Positions 13,401 to 28,537 of a stretch of DNA of 64,000 nucleotides are shown here, piece by piece; within the stretch, counting starts at the first letter, position 1; each line of letters opens with the position of its first letter. Location of the stretch: the NCBI GenBank assembly GCA_965153455.1, contig OZ234494.1:4588001-4652000 (forward strand), in the 5' to 3' direction. The notes below the pieces were generated by a model, which was not told the origin of the DNA, did no database searches, and worked only from the letters and a program-made list of their open reading frames with translations. The DNA comes from Sphagnum compactum (Eukaryota). A program made the translations under genes and the position numbers.

Positions 13401-16004
13401 TATTATACATCACAAAAAGTTATTGACCATTATCTTCTGTTGAAAACCCATGGCTAAAACGTATAATTTTGCACCAATGTGGTCACTTTAGGTTTCCAAC
13501 TCGGCACCAACTTGTCAATGAAGTGTTACCAAGTGTTAGGGGGACAACTAGGGAAAGTATGTTTTACCTACTCTTGTTTCATGTATTACATGCACAACAT
13601 CATTTGATCTTTGGATGTCACGTGCTGGACATGATTTTTTGCTATGGTTGTGAGTTCCCTTAATGATTGTTTGGGAGCCCAATCGTGTCACTATGGGGAT
13701 ATTTGAGGTTCAAAATATTACATGTGCAGCAATGGCAAATCAAGTCAAAGTATTGTTAAATTCTTTTGGTTGCTTGACAAAGTCATTGCTTATGTGAAAG
13801 ACGAGGAGGTTAACTTAAATACCTTAACAAAATGCATTGACAAGCGTGGTTTCTTATTCTCCCCTTCAATTGGCATGCCCATTTGTTGGTTCGTGTTTTA
13901 GGCATGCCATGTCTAAAACAACTTAATATGATACTGATGATATTAAAGTGTGTGCTGGATTTTCTAAAGTGAGTTTGAAAGGTGTTCAAACATCATTACA
14001 AAAGATCATAACTTAGACAAAAAAGTCTGGGAAGGGGAGGCAAGAATGGAAAGATTCATGCATCATTGCTAGCTCACCACCTAAGATGCTGAGAACTCTT
14101 ATGAAAACCAAATTTGCATCCTAAATCATCTTGTTTTTATAGACTCTTGATTATCAAGATGCCATCTTTATTTGCTATGGATAGCAACAAGCATTGCATT
14201 TGCAATCTAAAGTCCCGGATTGCCAAACTTGGTCTATTGTTCAAGCCATCATAGACACATTAATGCCAATTGTAAAACAATGTGTTTTAAACCAAAGCCA
14301 AGGCTATTGGTTTTTGTCAAATGCTCTTGGTTCAACTTTCTCATTGCGCATTGTGATTAAGGTTGGTGTGTGCATAATTCAGGCCCTAAATCAGCCATTA
14401 ATTCGAGGGATTTTGATTCAAAGCTACAAGAATTCACGTTGAGAATGACGGGACAAATTTTCAATGCATTGGGGCCTTTCTTGGCCTTCTCTAAGTCTTA
14501 CATTGCAGCCAAGGCACATAACATGTTGGTAATCATGCTTGATCTTTGTTTCAAAAATATGAATGTTATATGGGATTTTGTGGGCGATTCACTTGCCCTT
14601 CAAATTGTGGCAAAATATGATGTTAAAATTATGTATCCATTGTTGGTATAAACATACCTCCATTTGAACCCAATGAAGGCAGTTGTGAAATCAATAGTTG
14701 TTGAAGATGATGATAATTTCTTTGGGCAAAATATTTCTAATGATGATGTAATTATGTCAACCATGAAAAATGAATTACATTTGTTTTGTCAGTTAAGTGT
14801 AGGACCCGTGGAAATTGAAAATCCTTTGCGATGGTGGGCAAACCATGTAATGTAATTTCCACATGTGTTTTTTTTTTCTCATCAAGTGGGGTCTCAAATA
14901 CAGAAAGAACGGATTTTCAATGTTATTGGCATTATTACGAATCTTCGATGGTCAAGGCTTGGAATTGATAACTTGGATTATCTTGTTTTCGTTATCAAAA
15001 TTGGCCTAACGATGCTTGTGCTGGATGTGATGGGGGGAAGGCTAAAAATTTGCATGATTACCTACAAGCTAAACAAATCATGATTGAAGAGCACAACAAG
15101 ATCATTGAAAAAAAAGGTCTTTTTGAAGAAGATAACAAATTTAATTGATTTCGAATAGGTAAGAATTTTCACAAATGTTTTTGTTCATTTTGTGTTGGTT
15201 TATATGGAATTTTGTTTTGTTTATATGTTGATATTATATGGGTGGAATTTTAGAAATTCTGATTGATTTTTGGTTGGTTTGGAATTAGGGCAAAACAACA
15301 TGGAGGTGTTCATTGTTGGTAATTGGGCAACAATTCCTTTAACTTAACATGGAGGTTATAGAGATTCTTCAACATTTGATCTGCTTTCTATCCTTCATTT
15401 TTTATATTTTTCAGAATTGATGGGCATGTTTCCATTTCCTCAAGAAGTGATTTCCAACGACTTCATTTGCCTTTTTTTTGCACCAATGGACACCAAGTAA
15501 AATTAGTTATTTTAGATGTGACATTAATATCTAATTTTTATTTTAAGAAATGATAACCCTATATGTGCCTAAGTTCTTTCTAACACCAATCAAATAGAAG
15601 TTTTTTCAACTTGATATTGATTTTTTATTGAATGAATGACCTAATCCAAAAACATTTCATGTCTCAATGTATTTCAATTTCTGAATTTTTGGTTGGAAAT
15701 GTTATTTTAGAATGAAGTCCTTACATTTGATCAACTCATCAAGGTAAAAGAAAAAATAAATCGTGTCACTTTATTCACTAACCCTAAAACCGAACCGCAA
15801 CCCAAACCGCCTCCTTTTCAAACATTAAAGAACCGATTACCCAATAACTGGTACATTTGGAAAGACATTTCATTGACCGAAATTGTAGGTTTTACTATAT
15901 TAAAAAAATGCTTAGAACCACATCCAGAGGTTCCAAATAAGTTTTAGAAATTATTAAACCCTACCTGCATGTTTGTTTGAAAATCAAAGAATCGGCCAAC
16001 ATTG
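10479..16004 (+). mobile_element. hAT-superfamily DNA transposon (decayed, full-length)
   Basis: Imperfect TIRs tagtgttgaccagtt (10479-) and aatcggccaacattg (-16004); 8-bp TSD GTTAGAAC (10471-10478) / GTTAGAAA (16005-16012); subterminal AACCG motifs; internal transposase remnant. Confidence 0.9.
13000..15147 (+). pseudogene. hAT transposase pseudogene (BED finger, DDE core, dimerisation domain)
   Basis: Across frameshifts and stops: WTFF..VMRCILC...GTSALKKHV (BED), SFDLWMSRAGHD, YVKDE, CF.HAMSK, NPLRWWANH..FPH...SQIQKERIFN.IGIITNLR.SRLGIDNLDYLV (hATC). Boundaries approximate. Confidence 0.85.
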
Positions 16005-16416
16005 GTTAGAAATTTCCAAAAAAACTCTTCAAAGCTTCAAAAGGCATGACATTTCAAAAACACGCAATTTTGAAAAAAAATAAATTTGGCCCAAATGTGA
16101 ATTCAATTGTCATTGCCCAAAGTGTTAAGGTTTGGAACATGAAAAAGTTTGCAAACATAAGGGCCAATGTGATGAAGAGGCATTGATTTGTTGGAAAAAT
16201 CAATTTTTGAATTTTAGATAATTTTGAATGATCTAAATTATTATAAATTCAATATCTTTTGTTCTATTGGTTCAAAATTTGTGAAATGACCACCAAGCAC
16301 ATCACCTTGTTGAGGGCTTTCCAACATTATTAAAAGTCTAGTGAAAGGCCCAATGGTTTGGGAGGGTTAATATGTGGTCACAAAACAAAACAAAATAAAT
16401 GCCTATCTTACAGATA
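16005..16416 (-). mobile_element. Helitron-like repeat copy split by the hAT element (other piece 10436-10478)
   Basis: 10441-10478 (aatgggaccatcttcaaggctc..) continues after the hAT TSD into gcccaaatgtgaattcaa..gagggctttccaac..tggtttgggagggttaa..acaaaacaaa. Confidence 0.65.
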
Positions 16417-18449
16417 TAGTATAATAATAAAAAGTGATGTTTATCTATATATGTTGTCCAAACCTACCCTTTTCAAACCTCTCTACTTAACCCCTTTTCC
16501 CTATGCACATCTACATGGACATGAAACAACACATGTTCAAAATCTAGCATAAATAATGATGAACTATTGGAGATCGTGTAGGGAAACATAATAAAAGTAA
16601 TAAGAGGGAAAAAAGAAGAGGGGAGAATGCGAAGGGCAAGGGTGATTTTGCTTAGTTTGAAATTAACAAGGGCACTACACTTGTATTATTAATTAATGTT
16701 TGGAAGATGGGTAGAATCACATCACAACAAAAACTTGTTTCTTATTTTACCCAAAGCATGATCATAAGATGACAATAACATGTATCCCATATGTTTAAAT
16801 TAACTAATTAACTTAATCATGATTCATACATTGTCTCACTTAACCATTCATGAAAATGTAATGTCCTATTTAGTTTGATTTTTCAACACAACCTACATAG
16901 TTTATTTTGATAAGTTGATTACCTAACATCAACTACATGGGATCATCAATGTGGTCACCACCAATTCACCTATCGCAACTAAATATTACATTAATTGATT
17001 ATAATAAACTACAATTTATTTACTTCACTTGGCTTGTGCCTTGTGTCATTTATAATTGGTGTTTGCACATGTGCATACTTTCAAAAGTATGAACAACATT
17101 GTGCAAACAATATTATTTTGTTCCAAAGCATCCATGATCACAAGTGTGATCATTATAAATCAATAACAACATGTTGCGTTCATTATTTATAATCGCAGAT
17201 TTAAGACCACCGTGTATTCCATTGCAATTTGCAATCTAGGTGCAAGGATAATAATAAGAAAACAATAATTTAATTAAAACTTGATTTATTCCTTAAAACC
17301 ACACCATTGGTATGAATTTGAGACTTAATAGGGCACTCCAAAATGAGTTTTAATTACTTTTTATAATGTATACTATACCTATCTATAACATACATATCAT
17401 TGTTCATCATATAGGAAATTATTTCCACCCATCAACCTAATATCATCTTTTGATAAGAACATGTTCAATGTGTTTTATGTTTTGCATCATGATGAATTGA
17501 ATAATGATCATTCCATTTTCATTTAGTTGTTAAAGAAAAGTGAAAGAACTTCAAAAAACACAATTTAGATGATTGGCAAAATTCTATTGTTTCACCATCT
17601 ATTTAATTATAAAAGAAAATTCATCGCTTAACTTCATATTTTTTTATCCCATAGTTTATTGCTTGTTGTTCAACCAAGTTGAGATTTAGGGAAAAAAATC
17701 AAATACCAATTCATGCATTTTGTATGATGAGTTGAAAATGAATTAGATGTTGAATCATGGCATGAAAGAAAAATATTATTATAAATATAGACTTTTGTCT
17801 CTATCATGTTAACACTAGCTTTCATTGAACTATTTGAATAAACCTTGAAGCTTCAAATTTCATGCATGAAAAGTCAATTTGAATCTATGCATTTCCCTTA
17901 TTAAACAATTCAAGGTTGGAAATAGTAAGTTTTTAAAAGGTAAAAATTCAAAATGTATGTCATATTTCATAATGTAAAACTTTAATATTTGCATCACTAA
18001 AATATAATTATGTAGTTTTTGATTTTCTTTTGAATTATTTTCTCAAATGGAGAAAAATATTAGTTTGAAATCAAAAGGGAATAAAAAATAGTTAATTAAT
18101 TGAAACATAACAACATGTGATTGACAAATCTTGGAGCAAGGGAAATATGCAAATGGTTAGTTACACAACATGGATCATTTTACACTTTAAAAAATGTGTT
18201 TACAAATTTGTAGAATATATTTCATTATAGTACATTCATTTGACATTGTAGCCCAAATATGAAAATCTTGAATCAAAATTCAAGTTTTGCAAGGACTTGC
18301 AATCTTGTAATGGAAGTCCATTGCTTTCTTTATTTTGTATGCCTATATCCTTATGGGGTAGTGAGCTAATACCTCAATTCATTATTCTTGAATTTGTTAA
18401 TTTTCATTCAAATTTCAAAAAGTTGTTAGGTCTATTATAACCAATTATT

Positions 18450-18925
18450 AATGCACCCTTGTGTTGTTGGCCCAAGTGGGATCATCTTCAAAGCTCTAAG
18501 TGATATAACTTTCTTTCAAAAAAAGCAATACTTTAAAACAATTGACTTCTAAAAAAAAAACTGAATTATGACAAAACCTTATTGGCTCAAATGTGAACTC
18601 AAGTGTCATTGGCCCCAAGTGTTTAAATTTTGAATGTGAAAAGGTGTTAAGGTTTGGGATATGAAAACAAGTAGAAGCACCAATATGATGAAGAGGCGTT
18701 GATTGGTTTAAGAAAATCAATTTTATAGTTTTAATTATTTTCAATAATAAAAATCTTTCTAAATTGAATAACTTTTGCTCCATTGGTTCAAAATTTGCAA
18801 AACAACCATTGTGCACATCACCTTGTGAAGAGCTTTCCAATGGTACCAAAATAGCAACAAAGAGCCCATGATTTGGGAGGGTTAAAGTGTAATTACATAA
18901 CAAAACGACATTTATTTCATACATA
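18450..18925 (-). mobile_element. Helitron-like dispersed repeat copy
   Basis: ggcccaagtgggatcatcttcaaagctc ... gagctttccaatggtaccaaa ... atttgggagggttaaagtgt; homologous to 9961-10434. Confidence 0.6.
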
Positions 18926-20426
18926 GGTAGTTTTAAAGTATCTCATTGCATCTGATGTTTATCTCAACAATTGTGGATGTACCATCATTAGATGTTCAAC
19001 TCCTCTTTAAAAATAGGATAAAGTTCATGGGCAAATATCATAAATTTTGTAGCAACTTATGTGACCCTAAAGTCGGATGAAGAAGAGCTTGTAATAAATT
19101 TATGATTTTCTTGTCTCTATTATCTCATGGATTAGCAATCAATTTTTTCATCAAGCTATTATTTCATTGTTTGGCAATCAATTTCCAACATAAGAAACAC
19201 AAGACCTTAAGGAAGCAAGATGTTTAATGAGGAAATGAAAATTGACAACAAGAATCAATCTAATAAGTTGAAGGTTCATGTATATTTTCATGCCCAAACA
19301 TCAACAATGCACAATGTTACCACCTTTGCCTATGATGATTTAATCCATGGGTTATGGCCTTGGATAAATTTTAATAGAATGAAAATTAAAACATATACAC
19401 TTGTAGTATTCATGTCCATTATTTGACACAACACAATGTGCTTCGATCATGATGTGAACAAGAGAATTGAACTAAAATCACCACCACACATTCATTGTGA
19501 CAACCTTAAACTTAATTATTAGATTTATTGGTTGTAGATGAATAAAAATAAAATGTTCAAAATATAAGATGATGTAAAATCTTTTTTGCTATTGTCTTAT
19601 GTTTGTGACCTTTAAGACATAATGTTGAAACTGAAATATGAGATTTCAATTTGTTAGCCCCTAGGATATTAGTAATGTTTGAACTTTTAGTTGAAAATGA
19701 TTGAATTAGTAGGTGTCAATATTTTATTCAGAACATTGTGTATCTTACAAGTTGCCTTGTTCAATAATGTTGAATATCATTGTGCATCATGTGGTGATCA
19801 TTAGATTATTTCACAATTTTCATAAACAAGAATTTGTGCAATTTGAAAATTTGAAAAAGATTATTAAAAAGAACCATTTTTAGCCTAGAAATTATTTTAT
19901 CTCATTGAAATTGATTTTTAAAAAACAATTGTCACAATACACCTTTTGAAATTATAAAATTTTCACACCTTAACATTACATTTTCATGTAATTTTTCATG
20001 TTTTATGCCACCTTGTGAATTTATATTAAATGTGTTGGTTTATTAATATAAGATGAATTAATTTTTATTAGAATGAGATGTGACAAGATTATGAGTGTGT
20101 TGTTCAAATATTACTACATCTGACCCAATATTTTTTTCAGCATATTAATTTACATAAATGGTGGGGTTGTTGATGACTTAAAATGAAAAACTCAAATACA
20201 CTTTTCTTGTTGTCGCAACCTTTTTTTAAAAAAAATCTGAAAAATATAATTAAATATTTTATTGTCATTTTATACATGATAAAACACAAAGGTAATACCA
20301 TGAAGTTTTGACTTCCAATCTTTCTTCAATAGATAAAAATAATGAAATTATATGTATTGAAAAAGTCTATTTTATAATTTATGTTTCTGAAAATGAATTT
20401 GTGAATGACATATATTACATTATTTG

Positions 20427-21355
20427 TGTCACAATCCTAACCTTGGATTCCCAACCTTGAAACTAGGGTAAGACAAAGGAATTTGGTTAGAAACAATATC
20501 AAGGCATAATATGACTCAAACACACTCCAAAATAACTCACAAGTGTGTGAAAATACAAAGGGGGAACCTTCAATAATCTTAAGTGCATTCCCACTTTGGG
20601 CATTTAGGAATCTTGAAGACGTAGTGCAAGGTTTAAGGGATCAAAGTTCATTCAAATAGAATAATCTTTATATTATTGAAAAGCTTTTGAAAAGGGCTAC
20701 AATAAAATGGGTTCACATGCTCCAAATATAATCATTTCCTAAGTGGTAGAAATGAATTTCAAAAGTTGGGACAAAAAAAAAATGTTTTCAAGTGTTTGTA
20801 AGTGTTCAACACTCATAAAGTGATTTCAAAAAACAAATTGTGTTCAAATTGGAAATGTGACGTACAATATTCGAAAAATCTTTTCAAGATCTATAAGAAA
20901 ATAGAGTTGCATTTCCCATTTTGTTGCATTTTGAAAAGGTTATGTCATTTGGAATTTTAGGACACCATTGTTTCAAAATATGGAATGAATCCCAAGAGTT
21001 TTAAAATTTTGCCACCTTGGTGTATGTCGTATGACAACCTACAAATTATACTATATGAAAAATATTGGTCTCTTCCTTGAGTTCGGGCCAAGGTGAGTCC
21101 AATGTGTATCCATTGTCCATGAACTAAAATTGGCCCCAATTGCACTAACCACCTTTGTTTGGTTTATGTAGTTAGTGTGACCAAAAGGTGAATGTGAAAC
21201 AAATGATCATAATCTTATACCAAAACTTTTGTGTCACCTTCTTATTTTTAACATAAAGAACTAGGGAACACATTCAAGGCTTTTAGATCTTGCACACATC
21301 ACCATATCAATTAAGTTACCTCAATACCTTGTGGCAAATTTTTAGGGGCACATCA
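20427..21355. mobile_element. Solo LTR
   Basis: Begins TGTCAC (20427), ends CATCA (21355); perfect 5-bp TSD ATTTG at 20422-20426 and 21356-21360; no coding capacity. Confidence 0.8.
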
Positions 21356-24300
21356 ATTTGTAACAGTTTTTAAGTTATTATCATTTGAGATTTTTATTAC
21401 ATCCCCATATATTTGGATATGTATTGATTTTTTGAAATAACAAGCATCCTTAAAATTATATTTTAGGAATAAAATGAACATAATGTGATTTTGGTATGTG
21501 ATATTTTACATGGATGGCATATTTTCCTTGACATGTAATGAGAGGAAATTGAAGTAAATATGTTTTTGGGTGAAAAAGAGTATTAATATTGATAAATATA
21601 ATACAATAACATGTTTAAATGTTAAATTAAAATAATTTAAAGATTTAATAACATAAAAGAGATGTGTTTTTAAATTAAAACTACATTTGATCTTAACAAA
21701 TCCATGTTAAATGTATTTTATGTTCAAAAAAAATCTAATAAATAACATTGGATAATGTTTAACATGTCAACACCTTTTTTTCAAGGTTTTGGATGTCATA
21801 TATGGAGTTTAAAATTGGATAAAATTTTTAGCATTAGGATTTTTTTTTAAAAGTGGCATAATACAAATTATTCAACATTCATGATTTCAAAAAAGGCTCA
21901 AGAAGACACATTTGGTGAATAGTATGAGGAATGAAAAAATTCAGTATGAGTTTTTTTTTTAAAACTAAAATTCTAAGACCTAAATGCCACTTCAAGAGAT
22001 CAAATGCTAAAATATAAGGAATTAGATCAAATATAAGATTCCTAGGTAGTTTTCTTTAAAAAACACTTCATACATAGGTTTGAATTTTGTGTTTAAAGAT
22101 TCAAAAAAATACATACCATAGCTTAAGGTTAGTTTCCACATTGACAAATTTATGAATGGTTAATTTTTATTTTCTAAAATTTAGTTTAATTTAGTTTAAA
22201 TTATTATAATTTCTTAAAGTAGTTTACCATGAATTTTTCAATATGAATAATGAAATTATTTAGATTGTAGCCTACAATAATTCTAACAATTTAAAACCTC
22301 AAGACTTAGCTATTTTATATTTCACAAAAGTTTGTTCCAATTCATTTAAAGAATTTTTAATGACAAAACTAACCCTAGGGTAAGGTATATGTAGAAAATT
22401 CAAAAAAAAAGAGAATGAAAATGAGATTGAAGCCAAAAGAAAAATAATCTCAAAGAATTTTAATGGTGGTGGTACAAGTCATGCATTTAGAGGGAATTTA
22501 ATCAAAGGGATAGATGGCAAACACATTTCAACACAATGTTTTTAAGTCGTAAGAAATTGAAACATGCAAATAATCATAATCTTAGGATTCATCCTAGGAA
22601 AGACAAACCTCTTTTCTTATGAATCTTGAACACCATGTGAACCATGAATGAATGGGACAAGTATGTTTTAAGCTATGTTTTTTGGCCAATTTGTAGACTT
22701 TTCATGTTTATGATGCCAAAATTAAAAATGGATTTTCACACGCACCTAAGCTTGTTAAAACATATTGATCTAGTAAACCCCAATCTTGAACAGCAACCCC
22801 AGTTTGCTGTTCATAGGGTTTCTGGAGCTTGAGTGGTGATGGCAATGCTGGTGGCCATTTTGCTACCAGTACAACCGTTGCTTCCTTATGCTCAACAATT
22901 AACACCATGTAAAAAGAGGAGAGAGAAAAAATCGGGTAAAGAGGGACAAAGAAGGACCAAAAGGAAAAAATTGTAATGGTGGCACTCAATAAAAAGGAAA
23001 TAGGGGTTCCAGGACCATGTTCAATTCTAGTTTTGGTAAGAAGAAGATTGGTTGTAAGTCTAATTGTAGTTCCATTAAGATTGGTTATTAGCCTAATTTT
23101 TAAATTTTGGGGGCACGGTAAGGCATATGAAAGTAACCACTTTTTGGAACAAAGGAGGATGACAATGACAACAACATCAGCATCAACAGGCAACAAAACA
23201 ATGAAGGTGAAAAGGCTAAGGGAGGGTGGGTTTTGTGTAATTTTTTTTCGATTTTGTTTTGTGGTGGGTCCTTTTTTTTCTTTACATTTCTATCAAGCCC
23301 AATTTTTTTTTAATCCCCAAGAATTTAGTTATTACCTAAAAGTTAAGCACAATAGAAGGTTTTTGCCACAAAGTGAAAGATTTTGTCACAGTCTTGGTTT
23401 TTCTTAGTTTTTGTCATAGTCCTAGATAAATAACAAAGGAAAAAGAAGAAATAGAAGTCAAAAAATGCGTTGTAGGTGTGAATGTATAAATACATAATGG
23501 CTAGTTATTAATCAATCATATTTTTTTATAATTTTCATTTGAGCAAAAGATTGAGTCGATGGTGTTTTCTATTATTGAAAATGGGTGTTACTTTCGTTGG
23601 GTAGTTCAAAAAGTAAAAGAATATAAATTTTTGGGCCCCTAATCTTTACACAATAGTTTGAAAAAATGTATAGGTTGTGTTAAACATAGTAAAGTAGGGA
23701 TGATGGTGTCCAAAGTTATGGCAAAATTATAGTTCAATCATCCTTTGAAATAGGACTTGTTTGTTTGTGATGGTTCTTCATATTTTTCCTTTTGATCTAC
23801 CTAGTTTTATGTAGTTAGTTCTACACATTTAGGATTGTCAAGTTGAAAATAGGTAATCTTTAGAAAGTGGGGCCTATTTGCAATTGCATTCCTAATAAAC
23901 TTCTTTCTTCATGGGCACAAAACATCCCATGTCCCTTAGTTCATCATGTCTCATTAAACCTCATAGTTCACATCGCCCATTTGTCATTTCACACACCACC
24001 ATAGCCCCATTCTCCACCCCCTTTCCTATGCAAACCATGCAAACCATGCACCACCCACCAACTCCATATATCATTTTAACAAACCACATGCCACCCATTA
24101 GTTTCCCCTACCAACCCCCAACCCTTTGTGTAAATGTGAAACCCCAAACCAACACTTTCCCAATCCCCCTAAATAATGCACATGTAGGACCTTTTACCTT
24201 TTCCACTCTATTAGCCCCTATAATTGCTCGTGATCAAACCCCTCAACCTACCCCCATCCTCCTAACACACCTACAACCTCCACCTAGAGCCTCTTGCCCC

Positions 24301-27229
24301 ACTTGTGGGCATCAATTTACCTTGTGAGGGTTAACTTGTCACCAATGTTCCTATCAGGCATCCAATCCATATAATCTAAACTTACATGACCATTTCGACC
24401 CAATACCTTCCCTTACTCCTAACTTGCCTACATCAGCTTGGGCTTGGGTTGCGACATTAAATGTCTTTGGGTTTTTCCATCTTGGCTTTCATTATTTTCA
24501 ACTATACAATCGCATCCCTTTCGCTTTATGACGTGATGCATAAATGGCATTTTGTTTTCCACTTAATAAATTGGCACAAGACCCTTGTGACATGGCAGTG
24601 TGCATTTGTTCATTTTATTACACCAATGATGTTTTGTTTTGCCCCTTTGAGGCGGGGTCACCAGGCATAAGAAAACGAAGATCTGGCTTAAATGTTTTTA
24701 AACACGCAATTGGTAAAACCTGCATGAAGAATTCTTTTTACGGGCCCAAGCTTTCGCAACAAGTTCAAACTCAATGCCTGTTACCCAACATGATCTTCCG
24801 ATTCATAGACGGCCTTTACGCAGTTTATTTTTAGACATGCAAAAAATACTCTTGAACAAAATGTGATTTGGCACCATTTTCTTTTACACCCACGTCTTGC
24901 AACACCACCTTAGTTTTCATCGTTTTACATCCTAAATCAAACGACTTCTTCCTGCTTTTTTTGGAAGACTACGAACCAAACCAAGACCTTGAATTTTCAT
25001 ATGATTCCTTCAAGTTAACATTTTAATGCATGCTGAATTTATCTGCAAGTGGTCCTTCTAGGATGGTATTCGAACACCTCTAAGATTATTTTCACCCATA
25101 AAATTTTACAAGTGGATTTCCATAATTGTTTCAACTTTGTTTTCATATCACACAAGGTCACATTCCACGTTGAATTGCACATATCCTTGGGGTAGTTTGC
25201 CTCTTAACCATGACCAAGCCCTCATGTGGAGTTCGTCCCATTACTTTAAGGGAAAAGTTGTATTGATTCACAAGCTGCGCTTTATGTTCTCAATTTCGTG
25301 ACGCCTTTGCAACACATTTCTCCCCACACTAATTCAGAGTAGCAAACAAGGGTGGATGTGAAACAATAATTCATGGCATTAGGTGCACCTTGGACCTTCA
25401 CCCCGAGTGGGTTGTTTTATAGCTAGACATTATTTTCATGTTTTTAATCCGATGTCAAGAAGGGTCATATTTCAAGAACTTCATGCAACAAGTGAGGACA
25501 TCATCAACTTATCCCCATTGTTTGTGCATTTTATGCATTTGAATCTCCCTTGTTTTATAATCACCATAACCATGATGGTAATGTCATAGTCATCCCATTT
25601 GCCATGAAAACTTGTCAAGCTGATCCTTTGGGAGGGGCATTATTTGCTTTAGTTCACCTTGGGGCACTACGTTTTACAACTAGTCATTTTTTTATTGTCT
25701 ATTTCCATCCATTACAGATGACACTCACATCATCAGCCCTCCTTCCATTGTATCCTCTACACATGAACATTTTCAAACTCAGATATAGAGAATTCTGTTC
25801 AACCTCAAAAATGTGTAGCATGGTCATCTTTTGGCTTACCACTTGATTTCGACACCCCATCCTAGTTTAACACACCATCATAAAGAATTAGAGTCTTGGA
25901 GGTTTCATTAAGCACCTCATCATTCAAATCATCCTTCATCAAAGATACCTTATTAAAAAATGTTTAGCATGTTCACATTCTCCTTAAACTAGGCGATGTT
26001 CAAACAACCTTTGGAATTATAATTCATTGTTAATGCAACAACCTTTGTATGTATTACATTGCACACCATCCTTTCCCACCTTCATAAATTCATTTGTTTC
26101 CTTTGACTCCCTTTTCCTTCAAATGTTTGGACACCTCTTGGGTCCATGGTCCTTTGATAGCTTTAAAGGACCTCTAGTTTGTAAACAAACCTTTTTCCCA
26201 ATAACTTTAAGTGGCATCGGCTTCATACTGACATCCACCATCGCCCCAATAGCCTATTTAGGGATTTGGGCTTTTGTAGTTTCAATCACAACAATTAGGT
26301 TCATGGTCAACCCATGTCCTTTCCTTTTTGAAACATTAATGTGAGTTGACAACAACACCTCAAAGCAACATGCGATCTTTTACCACCCTTAACATGGGCG
26401 TGTCTCCCTCCTTTTGAACAATTCATTAGACGACAAATGGTTCATTTTCAAGGTTCCATTTCAAAACATTTGCACCATCATACCTTCTTTAACATGCTCT
26501 TTGATGGGATATTTGAAGCCCATCATGCTCAAATTTTGTCATGTTTTGGCCTTCAAGTGGGCGTTTGGTTTATAGCTCGACTAATCTTCTGAACCTTTTG
26601 ATTATCTTCCCCAATTTTTTCCATAATGATTTGGATGTGATTCGAACTACCACATCTTTCAATTGTAAGCCTCCCCCAATGTGTGTGCACACATCCCATC
26701 AACCCTATGGGTATTGTGAACCATGGATTATAGCTCAACAATTAGTTAAGCTTTAGTTCCTTAAATTTCCTTAGTACTAATGATTTGAATGCTTATAAAC
26801 CTTCAAGTAGTGATTATTAAAAGTTGAATTAGTTTTGGTGATATTTCTAGGCATAGAGTAATTCTTTATTTCAGTGGATGTAACACTTAATTAGTTTAGG
26901 ACTTAGTAAACCTTTAAAAGTACATTATCCTTTTTAGTTTGTAGAGAAGGGGAAGGGGATGTAGAATTAGATGTGATTTATTGATATATAGGGAATACAA
27001 GCCCATAATTAACAATATTTCGCATGACAAGGTTGAGTTAGTCTGTAGAATGATCTTCAAGCACTAATGATGTACTTGTAGGATTTTTAGGATGTAGTCC
27101 TAATACATCTTTATTTAGTTTCACTTCTATCAGACTTTGAAATAGAATCAAAATCAAACGTAAGTAGCAACAGTTCCGCCTAAGTAGCCTCAAGTGAATT
27201 ACAACTGAATAACTGACTAAAAGGATAGA

Positions 27230-27643
27230 TCACAGTTGTAAAAATTCTAAGATGCAACGGATGGTGCGAGCGAGGTACTTGGCTCGATGCTCCAGGGGAA
27301 GTGAGTTGATCGGGCCTCGTAGCCAACGATAATGGCCGTCACCGAGAACCCACGTTCGACAATGGAGACGGACATCATCATCTTCGCACTGGCACTCTTC
27401 AAACCTTTCTGGCGCGGCTCCACGAGCAGGAACAAACTCTAGATAAATGGCTAAAGCATGTGGGTTAGGAGACAGTCGACGATCCCATACCGAACGAGCA
27501 ACTCGAGTGCGCACCACTCTCCTGGGCGATTCTTTTTCGCGCGGCCGTTGAGAAACATCCAAGTCGAGCGGTGCTTCTTCAAGCTCTTCTTCTTGTACAG
27601 GTGCGACCGGAGGATTTGAAGGCGTAGCATCATCGTCCGCCAT
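27230..27643 (-). CDS. Uncharacterised 137-aa protein encoded inside the LTR-type insertion
   Basis: ATG at 27643 (gtcATGg) to stop at 27230; GC/CpG-rich island in AT-rich flanks; upstream polypyrimidine tract plus TGCAG acceptor (AG at 27657-27656) and TATA-like TTAAATAAAA (27734-27725). Acidic/Pro N-terminus, Arg-rich middle, CxC..HC..H C-terminal half. Confidence 0.55.
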   Translation of the reverse strand: MADDDATPSNPPVAPVQEEELEEAPLDLDVSQRPREKESPRRVVRTRVARSVWDRRLSPNPHALAIYLEFVPARGAAPERFEECQCEDDDVRLHCRTWVLGDGHYRWLRGPINSLPLEHRAKYLARTIRCILEFLQL

Positions 27644-28537
27644 GACTAATTGCGCCTGCATCAACAAAAACCAAAAAGGTAGTACGAACAAGGTGGTACT
27701 TGCGTTCAAAAAGGGTCGAGGCCTTTTTATTTAACAAATTAGGGTAGGCGTAAGGTGTGGGAATGACGACGGAACTTCATCAAAACTCGAACACCCTAGA
27801 TCTAAGGGATTCATCAAACCCTAAATTCAACGGTGGATCTAGAAGTATGTGAGAGTTTTTTTTTTGTGATGCAAATTGTAATTTCAATTTACTATGTACT
27901 ACATAGTTAATTAGTGCATAGTAAAGTAAATAGGTAGGGAATATCAAGGAGTAAATGTTACACGGAAATGTTACTTCAACCATTGAATTAGTCAAGTAAG
28001 AACTCAAGGACTCTTCCTTGTTACTACCGATAATTTATCCTAGTAGTTAGTTATTTGAAGTAATTAGGATGAAGAAGTAGGATGTGAGGGTCAACGGACG
28101 GAAAAGATAAGGATCAAGCTCAAGAGACCTCATCAAGATATCCAAGATAAGGGGGAGGTTGGATCCTCCAATCCCATTCGTCATGAGGATTGTCATCCTC
28201 TTTGATTGGAGGATGGAATATCTCTTAAGTTTCATTGAGCCCATGGATTCTCATCCTAATTTCAATTGGATGGCCATTCATTCTCAAATTTTCATTGGCC
28301 CTTGAAGGATGAGGAGGCCATTGATTGGTGCAAAAGGATTTCAAAGCTTGATTGGACAAGGGAAAGAAGCTCAAGGAAGGTCATGGAGGCGAGAAAAAGG
28401 AGAAGGCATGGTGTGTATGGAAAAAAAAGAGAAGAAAGAGGATAATGAAGTGGGAGAGAGGTTGTTAGTTCTTGTGTGTGGAAGTGTTCATGAAAAGGTT
28501 ATGAAAAAATGAAGCATGGAATGGAGTTGTGTGTAGC

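Noticed and set aside
18496-18924. 142-aa ORF on the minus strand
   Set aside because: Lies wholly within a non-coding repeat copy; frame not preserved in the other copies.
22500-23407. Overlapping ORFs (162 aa minus, 143 aa plus) / possible transposase fragment
   Set aside because: Low-complexity, no recognisable motif; probably decayed repeat DNA.
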